A stretch of DNA of 63,365 nt, counting the filler, from Licmophora abbreviata (lineage: Eukaryota): NCBI GenBank assembly GCA_900291995.1. It is 7 parts of 7 records of this genome, joined end to end, with 100 filler letters (N's around TTAATTAATTAA, not from the genome) between each part and the next. Parts side by side here need not be neighbours in the genome. Positions count along the whole stretch, not along the records: positions 17,107 to 25,123 come from OLMU01000609.1; positions 25,224 to 41,231 come from OLMU01000612.1; 5 more parts are not named here. The stretch is one strand, 5' to 3'. Position 1 is the first letter of the stretch; each line of letters starts with the position of its first letter. This document shows positions 21,496 to 32,223 of this stretch, one piece after another. The position numbers were made by a program, and so were the translations under genes. The notes below the pieces were generated by a model that saw nothing but the letters and a program-made list of their open reading frames with translations, ran no database searches and was not told the origin of the DNA.

Positions 21496-23370
21496 TCAAG
21501 CCTTATCGCTGATGTCCTGCGCTGCAATTTCGGCCAAGAGAACCAGCAACACCGCCGCATCGAGTCCGGCATATTCCAACTGTTCCAGTCGAAGCGGCCG
21601 TATCCCCCAATCAGAGCGTTGCTGGACCTTGGATAGAACTCCAGATAACAGAAAGTGCGCAGAACACGATTGAAGACCAGGCAGCACGTTCCTTCGGCGC
21701 TTCATCCGATCGGCAGCGAGCCTTTGAATGTCGAGGATCTCTACTTGGTCTGCCTTGTCACTCGCTTGTATGAAGTTTCGAAGCTTGGGCATATCATGGC
21801 TGAATGCAAAGCCAAGGAGCTGTGCTTCCGTCTCATACATGACCCACTTAAGCATCCTGGCTACACGATGTTGGTAGGGCGTCCTTGATGTGACACGAGG
21901 CTGAAGATCGACAACCCAAGTCATCAGCCCTGACGAGGTCTCTACATCTCCCGTCGGTATCGCGACCTGTATTATGGACGCGACTGTTCTACCTTCGTAG
22001 GAGGTGGTCCATTCACTATCCATGGCAATGGCGATAGAGCAAGAGCTCTGCACATAGTTGCGGAGAACTACCTCCATATCTGATACGCTGTGTTCACTGT
22101 CAACCCATATCGGACTCTTTGGGAGCGCCAGCTGTTTCGAATCAGCTGAGTGCAAGATCGAAGCGGAAAGCTTCTGTACGGCTTGACAAGCAGTATACCA
22201 TGGATGTACATTCAGCGACACACTCATCGTCGGTGGCCCTGTTGACGCTGATTGCCTACTCGTCGATGACTGCACCAATGGTTCAGAAGGCGCTTCTGCC
22301 ACCGCGCCAAACGTCGCTCTGGCCCACTTTTGTATCAGAACAAGCTGCCGATCCGTAGCCATCGCACCTGGAAGTGATTTCATTCCGTTCTGAACGACCA
22401 TCTCAGGACGAGAGTCTCCAGAGCATAGGAAACGCAGTCGTTTCGCAGCAGACGGAATCCAGGCTCGTCGCTGTTTCTCGCCACATTGAACAATTTCCAG
22501 TAGCGCCGACTGCAATGGCAACCCACCCGATGTCTCATTGTCAACGTGCTGTACAATTAGTTTCTCCGCATTACTCCACATTGCCTCCAAACGATCAAGT
22601 TCTTGAGGAGACGGCTCCGGAATTAACTTCTTGGTCCTCTTTTTGTTTTGTTTATCATTTTGTCGCACCAACTCTTGAGCGGCTTGCGGGTTCCTCTGTG
22701 CAAAGTTTCCTCGTCTTGACTCTCGCGTCGTTGGATTGATAGCCAGCTTCGCCACCACATCCGTAGGAAGTAAAGCTCGGTCCAGAAAGCGCGGATCCAA
22801 ATCCCCATACTCTAGATCGTCTGAATGCGTCGCGCGATAGTTCGTCCACATACTCGGGCGCCCTGTCCTATCACCGGTACTCTGCACTTGTTCGGCACGT
22901 TGGATCATTTCAATGGTGCTTGGTTGCAAATGAGAAGCAGCAATACTCAAAACGCTCTGCCCCTTGTTGTTGACAATGAGGACCGACGCCTCCGTGTGCT
23001 GCAAGAGATACTGAACGACGTCGTCTCGTGATCGGGTGCAAGCGAAGAAGATGGGAGTCTTGCCGTAACTGTAGGTGCCCGTCGCGATGGCATTGACGTC
23101 GCACTTGTATTGCTCCACCAAAAATTCCAAAATTTCAATCGTTCCTTGCCAAGCCGCCATGTGAATCGCCCCCTTGCCGCTGCCGTGTGATGCCATGGTA
23201 TCCAGGTCCGAGGAAGTCCATCCCGTTTCGAGCAATTTCTTCAAGTGACTTAGATCACTGCCACCAGCAGCACGACGAATCTGTGACGAACTAGCACGAC
23301 TTTGAGTAGAGGACTTTGTGTTTGCAATCATGACAAGTGCTACCCCGATCCAACAGGCTGTTATCACCAT
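21496..23370 (-). CDS. Ankyrin-repeat + DEDDy 3'-5' exonuclease (mut-7/EXD/WRN-exo-like) protein
   Basis: Ankyrin repeats GKGAIHMAAWQG, GKTPIFFAC, GQSVLSIAA; ExoI AMDSEW, ExoII GFAFSHDM, ExoIII QRSDWGIRPLRLEQLEYAGLDA. Confidence 0.85.
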   Translation of the reverse strand: MVITACWIGVALVMIANTKSSTQSRASSSQIRRAAGGSDLSHLKKLLETGWTSSDLDTMASHGSGKGAIHMAAWQGTIEILEFLVEQYKCDVNAIATGTYSYGKTPIFFACTRSRDDVVQYLLQHTEASVLIVNNKGQSVLSIAASHLQPSTIEMIQRAEQVQSTGDRTGRPSMWTNYRATHSDDLEYGDLDPRFLDRALLPTDVVAKLAINPTTRESRRGNFAQRNPQAAQELVRQNDKQNKKRTKKLIPEPSPQELDRLEAMWSNAEKLIVQHVDNETSGGLPLQSALLEIVQCGEKQRRAWIPSAAKRLRFLCSGDSRPEMVVQNGMKSLPGAMATDRQLVLIQKWARATFGAVAEAPSEPLVQSSTSRQSASTGPPTMSVSLNVHPWYTACQAVQKLSASILHSADSKQLALPKSPIWVDSEHSVSDMEVVLRNYVQSSCSIAIAMDSEWTTSYEGRTVASIIQVAIPTGDVETSSGLMTWVVDLQPRVTSRTPYQHRVARMLKWVMYETEAQLLGFAFSHDMPKLRNFIQASDKADQVEILDIQRLAADRMKRRRNVLPGLQSCSAHFLLSGVLSKVQQRSDWGIRPLRLEQLEYAGLDAAVLLVLLAEIAAQDISDKA

Positions 23371-23652
23371 GTCGACAGCACAACATCATCAACTGCAGCG
23401 CATCTGTGACTGTGTTTTTAGCATCTCTCGTCGCTGCATCGGCCCGCGGTCTCTTGTCTCGCCGCCATCTTCATGTTTTGCTTCTGCATGTCTGACGTCA
23501 CTAGTGAGTGACCGAGACTCTGGTCACGAGTCACCTCAGTCATCAGCTGAGCTGTAGCTGTGAATGATCCGTGTGGCCGGCCAAAGAACGATGAAGTAGA
23601 CTGTAGCTCCTGAACTCACGACATTCAGATTATAGGAAGCAGTTGTCCTTAG

Positions 23653-25123
23653 CTAATCTACTAGTGTCGGAGGAAGATCGGCAAGGACATCGGCGAGATC
23701 CGCAGCATCAGCTGTCTCTCCGGATACCCTGCCTCCACCATGCTTGCCGTTCAAGTCCCCCATTAGATGCGAAAACGAGGTAAAAAGTGGACTTCCGCTT
23801 TCAGAGCTCACCGGAGGCGGTGTCGATGATGTAGCCTCCCACATTGGAGAAGGTCTGGCGCTTCTGGCGAGATCATTCGCTCTCGGAGCGGCTGCAATCG
23901 GAGGGGGCTTCCGAGCAAACTCGAAGGGTGGAGGAGGCAAGCTAGAGGCAAGCTCCCGAGGTTCGTTTCCGATGAATTCTTGGATGCTCGTAAAGCGATG
24001 GAGGTTGCGACAAAGTGGGTCCATGACGTGCGACGTGTACTCAAAAGTCAATTCGGAATCGTAACCAGCATCGTCGACACTGTTGTCGTCGCTTGAAGAG
24101 TCTAGTAGAATGGCAGCCTTGCGTGGGCGACCGAGCCCTCGCCTGGGTTTGGCAGAAAGAGTAGTAGACGCCAGGTCGTCGTTACCAACAACTTTGCGTA
24201 GGCGACCGCGCTTCCACTTCTGGGTTGGATTTCGGTCGTCGTGGGAGCGGTCAGAGGCAATGATTCGTTTCGGGCGCCCGCGTTTTTTCTTCTCACCTGC
24301 ATTCGATGACTTGCGCCGCGAAGCGACTTTCTCATCTTCAGGGACAGACTTGACAAGAGTGTCTACATACTCAGACGCAAACGTGGTTGTCTTCTGTCGT
24401 GTGCGCCTTCCACGACGTCTTGCGAAAAGATCTGCACTGTCTTCCATCAGTAGATCAACGACAGGAGTGACTGTGGAAGTCTCTACCTCATGGACGTCGC
24501 GAGTCGACTCCCAACGAATCAAAATCTTGTCGGCGTCCAATATTCGTACCACTTTCGCATCCCACTGACTAGACTTGAGTCCATCCGTGACGAGAACTCT
24601 TTGATTGACTGAAAATGTGTGTCGACGAAGTGGTGGGCTAGTAGGCGTGCTCTCAGCCGACGAGTCGTCAGGCGCATCTTCCTCGTCCGAACATGTGCCT
24701 TCGCTCCCCGTCCGAGGTACCACGTACTCCGCGTCCTGTGCGTCAGATCTCTCTTCGCTTTCACTGCTGCTTTCGACATCGTCCTTGTATAGAATCAGAG
24801 GCTTCGACGAGGCAGACATGAACTTGTTGATAGTTTTGCTCGCAAATCGTCTTCCAGGCGCAAGGCCACCAACCTCCTTGCGAGCTGTTTTCTTCGTACG
24901 ACGAGACCGTTGCGTCTCAGTCCTATGCTGCGACAATGCCATTGCTGTGGGCGCCTTCTTCCGAGGAGGTGGTTTCGTATCCATTGGATCCATATCATCC
25001 TTGTCCGTCATCTGGTGGACTACAGGCGTCCTTCGACGAGCTTTTGCTGGCACAAAGGCTTTCTTCCGAGGGGCCACTTGCTTAGTGACTCTTGGCTTGA
25101 CACCATCCTTTTTCGATCCTTCC
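23653..25123 (-). CDS. Putative chromatin protein with Tudor/chromo-barrel-like domain and AT-hook-like motifs (5' end may lie in gap)
   Basis: FSVNQRVLV...WDAKVVRI...ILIRWES; KKRGRPKR and GRPRK; frame open to the gap. Confidence 0.6.
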
Positions 25124-25224
25124 NNNNNNNNNNNNNNNNNNNNNNNNNNNNNNNNNNNNNNNNNNNNTTAATTAATTAANNNNNNNNNNNNNNNNNNNNN
25201 NNNNNNNNNNNNNNNNNNNNNNNC

Positions 25225-25605
25225 ATGACTAGCTTAAGAGTGCTGGGCGTTGGTCGCAACCAACTAAGGGGGCAGCTTCCGGAGGCACTGTCGGCCCTCC
25301 ATGATCTTGTGTCCTTGGGGCTAGAACGAAACCGCTTTTCTGGGTTCATCCCGTCAGAGTACGGACTCATGGAAAGCCTTCAGACCGTTGCAATGGATTA
25401 CAATGAAAATTTGCAGGGTCGCATCCCCACACAGATTGCCAACTGGTCAAGACTTAACTCATTTCATCTTGACTACACGTCGTTGACGGGAACGATTCCA
25501 CCAGAGTTGTGCTCCTTCGCACAAACGATTCGGGTCGATTGCGAAGAAGTCGAATGTGACTGCTGCGAAGGATGTACTAGTCAGACGGCGCCTCCAGAAA
25601 CTTGA
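25225..25605 (+). CDS. Leucine-rich-repeat protein, C-terminal fragment (5' in gap)
   Basis: Plant-type LRRs (NQLRGQLPE, NRFSGFIPSEYG, LQGRIPTQI, LTGTIPPELC) ending in the cysteine cap VDCEEVECDCC. Confidence 0.85.
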   Translation: MTSLRVLGVGRNQLRGQLPEALSALHDLVSLGLERNRFSGFIPSEYGLMESLQTVAMDYNENLQGRIPTQIANWSRLNSFHLDYTSLTGTIPPELCSFAQTIRVDCEEVECDCCEGCTSQTAPPET

Positions 25606-26025
25606 AGTGTACCCGCCCAAACAGATTACTCATATGGCGAAACCAAGATATCAATCGATGCCTCCTCGATGCGCGAGCCTACGCCAGCCCCGGTGCCAAA
25701 GCCAACTCCTCCTCGTCCTTGTTCGATGAGATTTCAATCGCCGCTTGCGCCACGAGCGTATAGATCTAGTTGGATTGTGATAGTTTCACCTGTAGTAATA
25801 CATGCAGCAATTGATGAAGAACAAGAAATGTGTGAGATTGTGTCGGGAGCTATAATGTTCTGGCATGGTAGCAATTGCATGCAAGAAAAAGTGAAATGCT
25901 CTCCGTCGTTCTGGCGCAAATTTGGATGGAATGGGACACAGAATGTACCCAACCGAATGAGATATTGCGCGACACCAGAATGATCGAGATGTTCACATAC
26001 CTGATTGTATTTTAGCAGCGTAAGT

Positions 26026-27462
26026 TTATTCAGAGACGCTCGTGTTGTAACACTGCCTTTCACGATTAGATTCGAAGTAGTTGCTCCACGGGCCGCCAGC
26101 GTGTGAATAGTAGTCCATGGGGTGGCGGTAGTTGTCAGGTATGACACTCTCTTTACTTTCAAAGCACTTGAAGAACTCGTACGGCGATAGAACAGGTGTA
26201 TTGCTTCCAAAGTAGTGCCCCCAGTCTACCGACAGGCGGGGACAGGCAATCTGGACCCACACGTGAATCTGTGGAAGCTTGGCGAGCTTCGAGGGGGTCA
26301 CCTCAGAGAGAAGCATGACCATGCAGCGCTTCTTGTGCTGTCGTAGAGTCTTGCGGATGCGCTGCAAAATCGCAGGATTGCCCTGTCGTCCTAGTGTCCC
26401 AAGCGCAATGCCGACAACAGTGTCAGATTGCTGGAATGACTGTTGTGCCTTTCCAATTGCTCGGGACCGAATCGCCTGCAGCGCAGCGTGGTCGTATAGC
26501 TCTTCCGTCAATGTCTTGCTGTAAGGATCGTACCGAAGAAACTTCGATACATTCGGGTTCGAGATCATGGTGGACTCAAGATGAAACCTTCCGTCTGCAC
26601 AAAACACCACAACGTCCGCGTCCACACGCGGGGACGTACAGCCCAGTACTTCGCCGGGCGACAACGGCTTCGCTTGCGGAATCACGACACTTTCGTAGGA
26701 GAACTCCTCCAACAAGAGTCGTTTCGCTTCCACGAATGCATGACGAAATTGAATTGTTCCTAGCACCGCTATGGAAACACTCTTGATAGGTACACTCTGA
26801 ACGACGCACTCCACCATGTGCTGCACATCAATTTGGAGTTCGACAAAGACGTACAGACATGGAATGACAGTGTGCTGAATCGGCACCAGACACGAGTGTC
26901 CATAGTGGATCAGCAGTTCGGCTCCAAGTGCCCTGGCGCCCAAGTCATCGACGCAGCAAGCCCCGTACGTGACATCGCCCAGAATACTCACATGCTGCAA
27001 CAACTGTGGGAAGCACTGTTTCATGACATCCGCCAAGACACTCGCGTACATGAGCAGACCTTCTGGCATCTGCAGTGCAACATGGCGAGCCTGATGCTTG
27101 TGAATGGTCTGAAGAGTTTTGGAAAGCTCTAGATTGTAAGCAGAGGGCAATGAGGAGGCGTTCAGGACTTGCTGCAGCAGGGCGGGATCCACAGCCGGAG
27201 GCTCGGTGATGGCTGCATCTTTGCGACGGCGGCGAACGATACGGCGGCGCGGTTTTTCCGCTTGTTGATTCATTTCTTTGGATACAGGGGCTTCGATGGC
27301 GACATTGGAAACGCTTTGAGTACGTTCCTCTTGAACAGAGGACGGCAGCTTCTTCTTCGACGACGACTCCATGGTGGAACTTTCAAGTGTGTCCAAAATT
27401 GAGGGAGAGGCGGTATTCTTTTGTTGATGGCTGGGAAACTCTGTCTCGCCGCCAACCGTCAT
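26026..27462 (-). CDS. DPH1: Diphthamide biosynthesis protein 1
   Basis: VALQMPEGL, GDVTYGACCVDD, HYGHSCLVP, GEVLGCTSP, LGTLGRQG, QIACPRLSVDWG, PMDYY. Confidence 0.95.
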   Translation of the reverse strand: MTVGGETEFPSHQQKNTASPSILDTLESSTMESSSKKKLPSSVQEERTQSVSNVAIEAPVSKEMNQQAEKPRRRIVRRRRKDAAITEPPAVDPALLQQVLNASSLPSAYNLELSKTLQTIHKHQARHVALQMPEGLLMYASVLADVMKQCFPQLLQHVSILGDVTYGACCVDDLGARALGAELLIHYGHSCLVPIQHTVIPCLYVFVELQIDVQHMVECVVQSVPIKSVSIAVLGTIQFRHAFVEAKRLLLEEFSYESVVIPQAKPLSPGEVLGCTSPRVDADVVVFCADGRFHLESTMISNPNVSKFLRYDPYSKTLTEELYDHAALQAIRSRAIGKAQQSFQQSDTVVGIALGTLGRQGNPAILQRIRKTLRQHKKRCMVMLLSEVTPSKLAKLPQIHVWVQIACPRLSVDWGHYFGSNTPVLSPYEFFKCFESKESVIPDNYRHPMDYYSHAGGPWSNYFESNRERQCYNTSVSE

Positions 27463-27803
27463 TGTGGATGTGATTCATTCGACTAATCTTGTGTCCACTC
27501 GGAATCTGGAATTTTAGCTTCGTATTCTGGGTCGCTCTCCTTGGCCACGAAAAAAGGAAAAAAGGCGCGCCGCACCATGGCACAAAACCGAAAGCCGCCG
27601 TGTTTTGACACACTCTTCCGCGTACTTGCGTCTTGGATTTATCTTTCACGTTGTCTACCCATAAATCTCATACAGAAAGTCTCAGGGTATCTTTTGGAAA
27701 AGAAAACAGTGTCGACAATTGATTGAGGGGCACAGACAAAAGAGTCGAGTCTTCAGCACGTCAATCTGCCGCGTAATTTATCAAACGATCATCATTCTAT
27801 TCA

Positions 27804-28214
27804 ATGAGCGTGAATGAAGTCAAGATACGAAAAGCCTCAGTTGCCTTTCAAGTCAAAGGAACTGGACCAGTGGGAAGTAGAACTTTCGCCATTGGTGATG
27901 AAGATCATACCTTGGGGAATTCCGTACGACATGTACTTTCGCAAACCAGCTCGGTGGAGTTCGCGGGTTACGCTGTGCCTCATCCCAGCGAACCGATAGT
28001 ACACATTCGAGTACAGACCGCAGATAAAGACAACCATACGGCAGTGGATGCGTTGAAAGAAGCATGTGTGACTCTACAGAATCAATGCGCCTATGTATTG
28101 GAGCAGCTCGAAGAAGCGCTACCGGAAGCCAAGGAGGACCGCCTCGCAATGGAACAGTATGCACTTGAAGAAGGATACTTTGAAGACGACGAGGAGCGAG
28201 AAGAGGATGAATAG
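27804..28214 (+). CDS. POLR1D: RNA polymerase I/III subunit AC19 (RPAC2)
   Basis: EDHTLGNSVRHVL...VEFAGYAVPHPSE...IRVQT. Confidence 0.9.
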   Translation: MSVNEVKIRKASVAFQVKGTGPVGSRTFAIGDEDHTLGNSVRHVLSQTSSVEFAGYAVPHPSEPIVHIRVQTADKDNHTAVDALKEACVTLQNQCAYVLEQLEEALPEAKEDRLAMEQYALEEGYFEDDEEREEDE

Positions 28215-28258
28215 ATTTGGGAACTCGGTTGTAGACTCGTAATATTTGAATGTGACTA

Positions 28259-28885
28259 TCAGTCCGCTTCAAAATTGCCTTTGCGATTGGACGATCCTAT
28301 CGATTCAACAAACCAACAGTTCAGGTACGGAGGTCGTCGATTCCTTCGTAGCTCCCATTGCCATCGTCGTACTCGTCCATCTGACGATACAGTCTTCATT
28401 ACTTGAGTCGCAATATACCCTTCAACTCCTCCAACTCGATTCACTTGCGTTTCCATACTCCAAGATTGGCCATTCATGGCAGCGCCGTAAAAAGAAGTAG
28501 GCATCGTGTCCGCTGTCTCATGAGCCGATTCTACAAATTCAGTCATGTTATCTTGGAACATATGGCGCGTGGTGGGCCCGGCAAAGGCCCACACAGCTTC
28601 CAACCCAGCGTCTGGATGCGGGATGTCGTTGAACTCCAAGGCATGCATGAGAAGTTCCGGAATCTCACCCGGAAAAAGTTCTGGACGAGGAAGTCCTGCC
28701 CCCTGATACGGAAGGGCCCAGTCGTCTTCAAGCTGCTGTGGAACACCAAAATGTGATACACAACTTTCTTTCTTAGGCGAAACTACGATGCTCGTTCTCG
28801 TTGTTCCAACAGGACGAGGGAAGGCTGGAACTACTCCTATAGCTGATACGACGAGGCAGGCCTGCGCAATGATTCTGGGGCTCAT
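28259..28885 (-). CDS. Conserved hypothetical protein (DUF4864-like), probably plastid-targeted
   Basis: Signal-like N-terminus ending VVPA|FP; ALEFNDIPHPDAGLEAVWAFA and WELRR...CWFVESI resemble a cyanobacterial/algal conserved family. Confidence 0.6.
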   Translation of the reverse strand: MSPRIIAQACLVVSAIGVVPAFPRPVGTTRTSIVVSPKKESCVSHFGVPQQLEDDWALPYQGAGLPRPELFPGEIPELLMHALEFNDIPHPDAGLEAVWAFAGPTTRHMFQDNMTEFVESAHETADTMPTSFYGAAMNGQSWSMETQVNRVGGVEGYIATQVMKTVSSDGRVRRWQWELRRNRRPPYLNCWFVESIGSSNRKGNFEAD

Positions 28886-29335
28886 GAGGATAGAAATCTA
28901 AAATGTAGTGTTCTACTGGGGCTCACAGACAAGCCACGAGTCTCATGCTGATGGTGATGGATCCGCCATTGTCGATCAGCATTACACATCAGACGAGAGC
29001 TTGTCGACCTGATGTTCGGTTGATCGCGATGACGTATGAATGACTCGTTCAGTCCAACGAAAGGTGAATCGGACGGTCAGTCCCGTATCGCGTCGGGCGC
29101 GCCAGTCTGCTCTTTCATCTCGAAAATTGGTGATGCATGTGTGTGTCTTGTGGTGGTGTGTGTTGTCGTCTGATTCGATTCATTCCGTTAGAATATCTCC
29201 GAGTCTTGCGGTATACGTACCCTCTTCTAGGCGCCGTTTGCGGGTTGAAAGCATGTCAAACGAGGAAAGAACTGTGTTGTATGTGAATGTGATTGGTAAG
29301 TCGACCGGAACCACATTCCCGGCGCCGTCTCTTTC

Positions 29336-30139
29336 ATGATGTCAAAAAATGAATACGCGAGAGACGAATCGAATCAAAACGATGACTTTACTCACCCAAA
29401 TGATGATATACGATCAATAAACACACACTCCATAGTTCATGATGCATCGGAAATAGTTAAGGCGAAATTCGATGAGAGTTTTCCCAAAAAGATACCATCG
29501 CCTCTGAGGGTTCTCATGGCAAAAGTAGCTTCTGATCTCGCGACGCCGACTGTCGTGGCGGAAAGAATGGGACCAAAGCTATGTCAGAAAGTGCCCACGA
29601 AATTAAAAGAAAAAGGCATCACTGTAGAAGTGGAGCAAGTATTCTTGGAGGGACCATATCTTGTATTGCAGTTGCAAGTACAGCATGTCGATTCGGTCAA
29701 GGTGGCGAAAAGCAGAGCACCGGAGGGCTTTTTGGGAGGGATCGAGTCGGCATTTCACATCATCGGAGCAACGAATAAAGATAGATTAGAACGCGGGTAC
29801 CTTCCGGACGTTGTGCAGCGGAAAATGGAGTCCATCATGGGGGAGGTCTTGGCGGAAAAGTTGAGCGAGAAAAAGGTCGAGGCGACGTCAGTGGTCCTTC
29901 ACGAATCCAAGCAGGCACGCTACTTTTTTGCGACTCGACAGGCTGTGAAGTTGGCAGCGGAAGTAGCGAACAAGCAGAAGAGGAGATCAAATCACGCATC
30001 GCATAAGACCGACAAGGTGGAAGCTTTCTCCGAGGAGGGTTCGCCTAGCAAGAAGAAGAGTCCAAGGAAGAATTTTGGATTGCCGGGTCTGGGTAGGAAG
30101 AAAGAACAGAAATCCTCGAATGGTGCGGGGTCAACATGA
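29336..30139 (+). CDS. Hypothetical 267-aa protein
   Basis: Long ATG-started ORF with globular composition and a basic tail; no family recognised. Confidence 0.6.
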   Translation: MMSKNEYARDESNQNDDFTHPNDDIRSINTHSIVHDASEIVKAKFDESFPKKIPSPLRVLMAKVASDLATPTVVAERMGPKLCQKVPTKLKEKGITVEVEQVFLEGPYLVLQLQVQHVDSVKVAKSRAPEGFLGGIESAFHIIGATNKDRLERGYLPDVVQRKMESIMGEVLAEKLSEKKVEATSVVLHESKQARYFFATRQAVKLAAEVANKQKRRSNHASHKTDKVEAFSEEGSPSKKKSPRKNFGLPGLGRKKEQKSSNGAGST

Positions 30140-30255
30140 CTATGCCATGAATATACGACGCTATGGAGCAAATATAGTATGCCATGATTTCCAGTCTCTA
30201 TTATGTTAAAGGTCCACAAAGCGCAGCATCTAACATGCACGCAAACCGAGACCCA

Positions 30256-30363
30256 CTATTGTAGGGACAGAACCCCCACCCCTGTAGCACATAACGCAGC
30301 TACAATTCGCAAGCTAGCCCAACCCCACTACAGCAAGGACAGAAGCCCCACCCCTGCGGCGCA
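30256..30363 (-). repeat. Degenerate 72-nt-period tandem duplication of the oxidase C-terminal tail
   Basis: CAAGVGLLSLL* (stop 30328-30330) is followed in frame by WGWASLRIVAALCATGVGVLSLQ* (stop 30256-30258). Confidence 0.8.
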
Positions 30364-32223
30364 AACAAGTGTCACGAACGACTGCCCAACTGCAGCTGAA
30401 GTGACATCGCCTCCTGTAGCAGCATCCACATTCGCACTCACCGAACTCGGAGCACCGCCGGGATGCACTGACGGTTCCCCCGAGGGCATTGTGGATGGAC
30501 GCAATGATGGCATCGCCGAGGTCATCACCGATGGCGTCGTCGAAGGCACGGCAGAAGCCATGACGGTAGGTGCTTCTGTCGGACCACCGAGGGCTCCTGC
30601 CATGTTGACTCCGAATATGCTGGCCACGGAAGGAACACCATCTTCATCGATCACGTTGAGATACCATAGACCAGGAATCATGATTGTTTCTCCCGGTGTG
30701 AGAACTTCGATTGTTGTTTGGTCGAGTACCGTAAAGGCAAGGTTGAGCCACCGAGCATCGCAGTTCCGCGAATGTGTCATGGCCCCCGGCTTGGTGGCAG
30801 TGAGCTGAACAATGGCGGACGAGTCGTCGACAACAATTCGGAACGCGCTCCCGGCTTTGATATTCGAAGGACACGATTGAATAATAGGCCGTGACGCAGC
30901 TTCACCTGTGGTAGAATCAAACATGTAGCCTGGGTAGTAGATCTGGCCGTTGTGATTCTTCAAGGGACCTGGCGATCCTCCGCCTGCCGAAAAGACGGAG
31001 CCATCTGGCAATATGAGACCAGACGAGTGGTACAATCGAGGAATTTCCTGTCTTGGACCAGTGTAGACCGTGTTGGAGACAGGATCCCAAATTTGAACAA
31101 TGTAGACGGCGACTTCAATTCTGTTTCCATTGTCATCGCCACTATCCGAACTCCCACCGGCAATGAGGACTCGCCCATCCGGCAAGAGAGACATTGCACC
31201 GTTGGTGCGAGCCTCTCCAACGTCCGCCTTTTCGGTAAAGATGGGATTGGAACTATCCGAAATATCCAAACACCAGAGTTTGCCCTCTTCGTCCAAAAAT
31301 ACAACCTTGTCCACGTCGTACATGATGGAGGCACCCAGCTTGTGCGTGAGGAACGGCCTAGTACCGACAACCTCGATCGAACCGTTTCCATCGACCGTGA
31401 GACGATACACGTCCCGTCCCCGTTTGTCACCAATGACCATGATAATGTCACCCATCGAGTTGACGTATACATGCGGATACCACCACGTTTTGCGCCCAAC
31501 AAACTGCATGGAAGGAATGTCCGCCCCAAGAAGAGCCTGGAAGCCCGACCCGGGATACCAAATTTCCGGAACGGAACTGCCAACTTGTACGACTGCCGAC
31601 TTGCCCCCCGCGATGAAGATGCGCCCATCGGGCATATTGACGCTCGTGCCATACCAGCGAGGGTATATCATGTCCCCCGTGACGTGACGGCGAATTTCAT
31701 GAGTTTCACTGACAAACTCCAAGACATCGTTGATACCCAGGTTGTCTTCGTCGTCGCCACCCATGATGAGAATGTTGCCGGTCGTAATGTCGATGGAAAG
31801 TGTAGAGCAAAAGATATTCACGTCTGCCGATTGTGTGAGAAGCACGTGGTTTGCGGCTACCTCGTGTTGACCCGTTGTCGTATCCCAGACTTCGTAAAAG
31901 CGACCCCCGCCTTGCTTACCCTCCGCATCGGCGCCGTAGGACAGTACGTGGCCGTCGGGCAAGAGCATGACGTGGATGGGAATTACTTCCATGTTGAAGA
32001 CCTGACCCCATCGTCCGAGTTGATCATCTGATGCTTGGGTGCAATGCGTGAGTGAAAAGGAAGAAGAGTGAGCACGTGGTGTATGTATGCAGCAGCATCA
32101 TTGGGGGAAGAACTAAGAATGTCAATTTTTGGGATGAAGCATCATTGGCGCAAGAAATAACGTACCAGCGGAGACTACATTGGACAAGGCCGCCAGCCCG
32201 GTCAGGAACCCAAGAAGTAGCAT
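30328..32223 (-). CDS. Secreted, probably GPI-anchored copper radical oxidase (galactose/glyoxal oxidase, AA5); exons 32223-32166 and about 32033 (or 32027)-30328
   Basis: Exon 1 is a signal peptide, MLLLGFLTGLAALSNVVSA. Catalytic-type residues NIFCS, RWYGT, RLYHSS, AMTHS; kelch-like LPDGRV repeats; PSxxPS stalk and hydrophobic C-tail. Confidence 0.88.

Noticed and set aside
30952..32031. 359-aa plus-strand ORF, and similar long antisense ORFs (e.g. 36947-37600, 52615-53337, 61845-62495)
   Set aside because: Shadow frames opposite well-supported genes, with no recognisable motifs.
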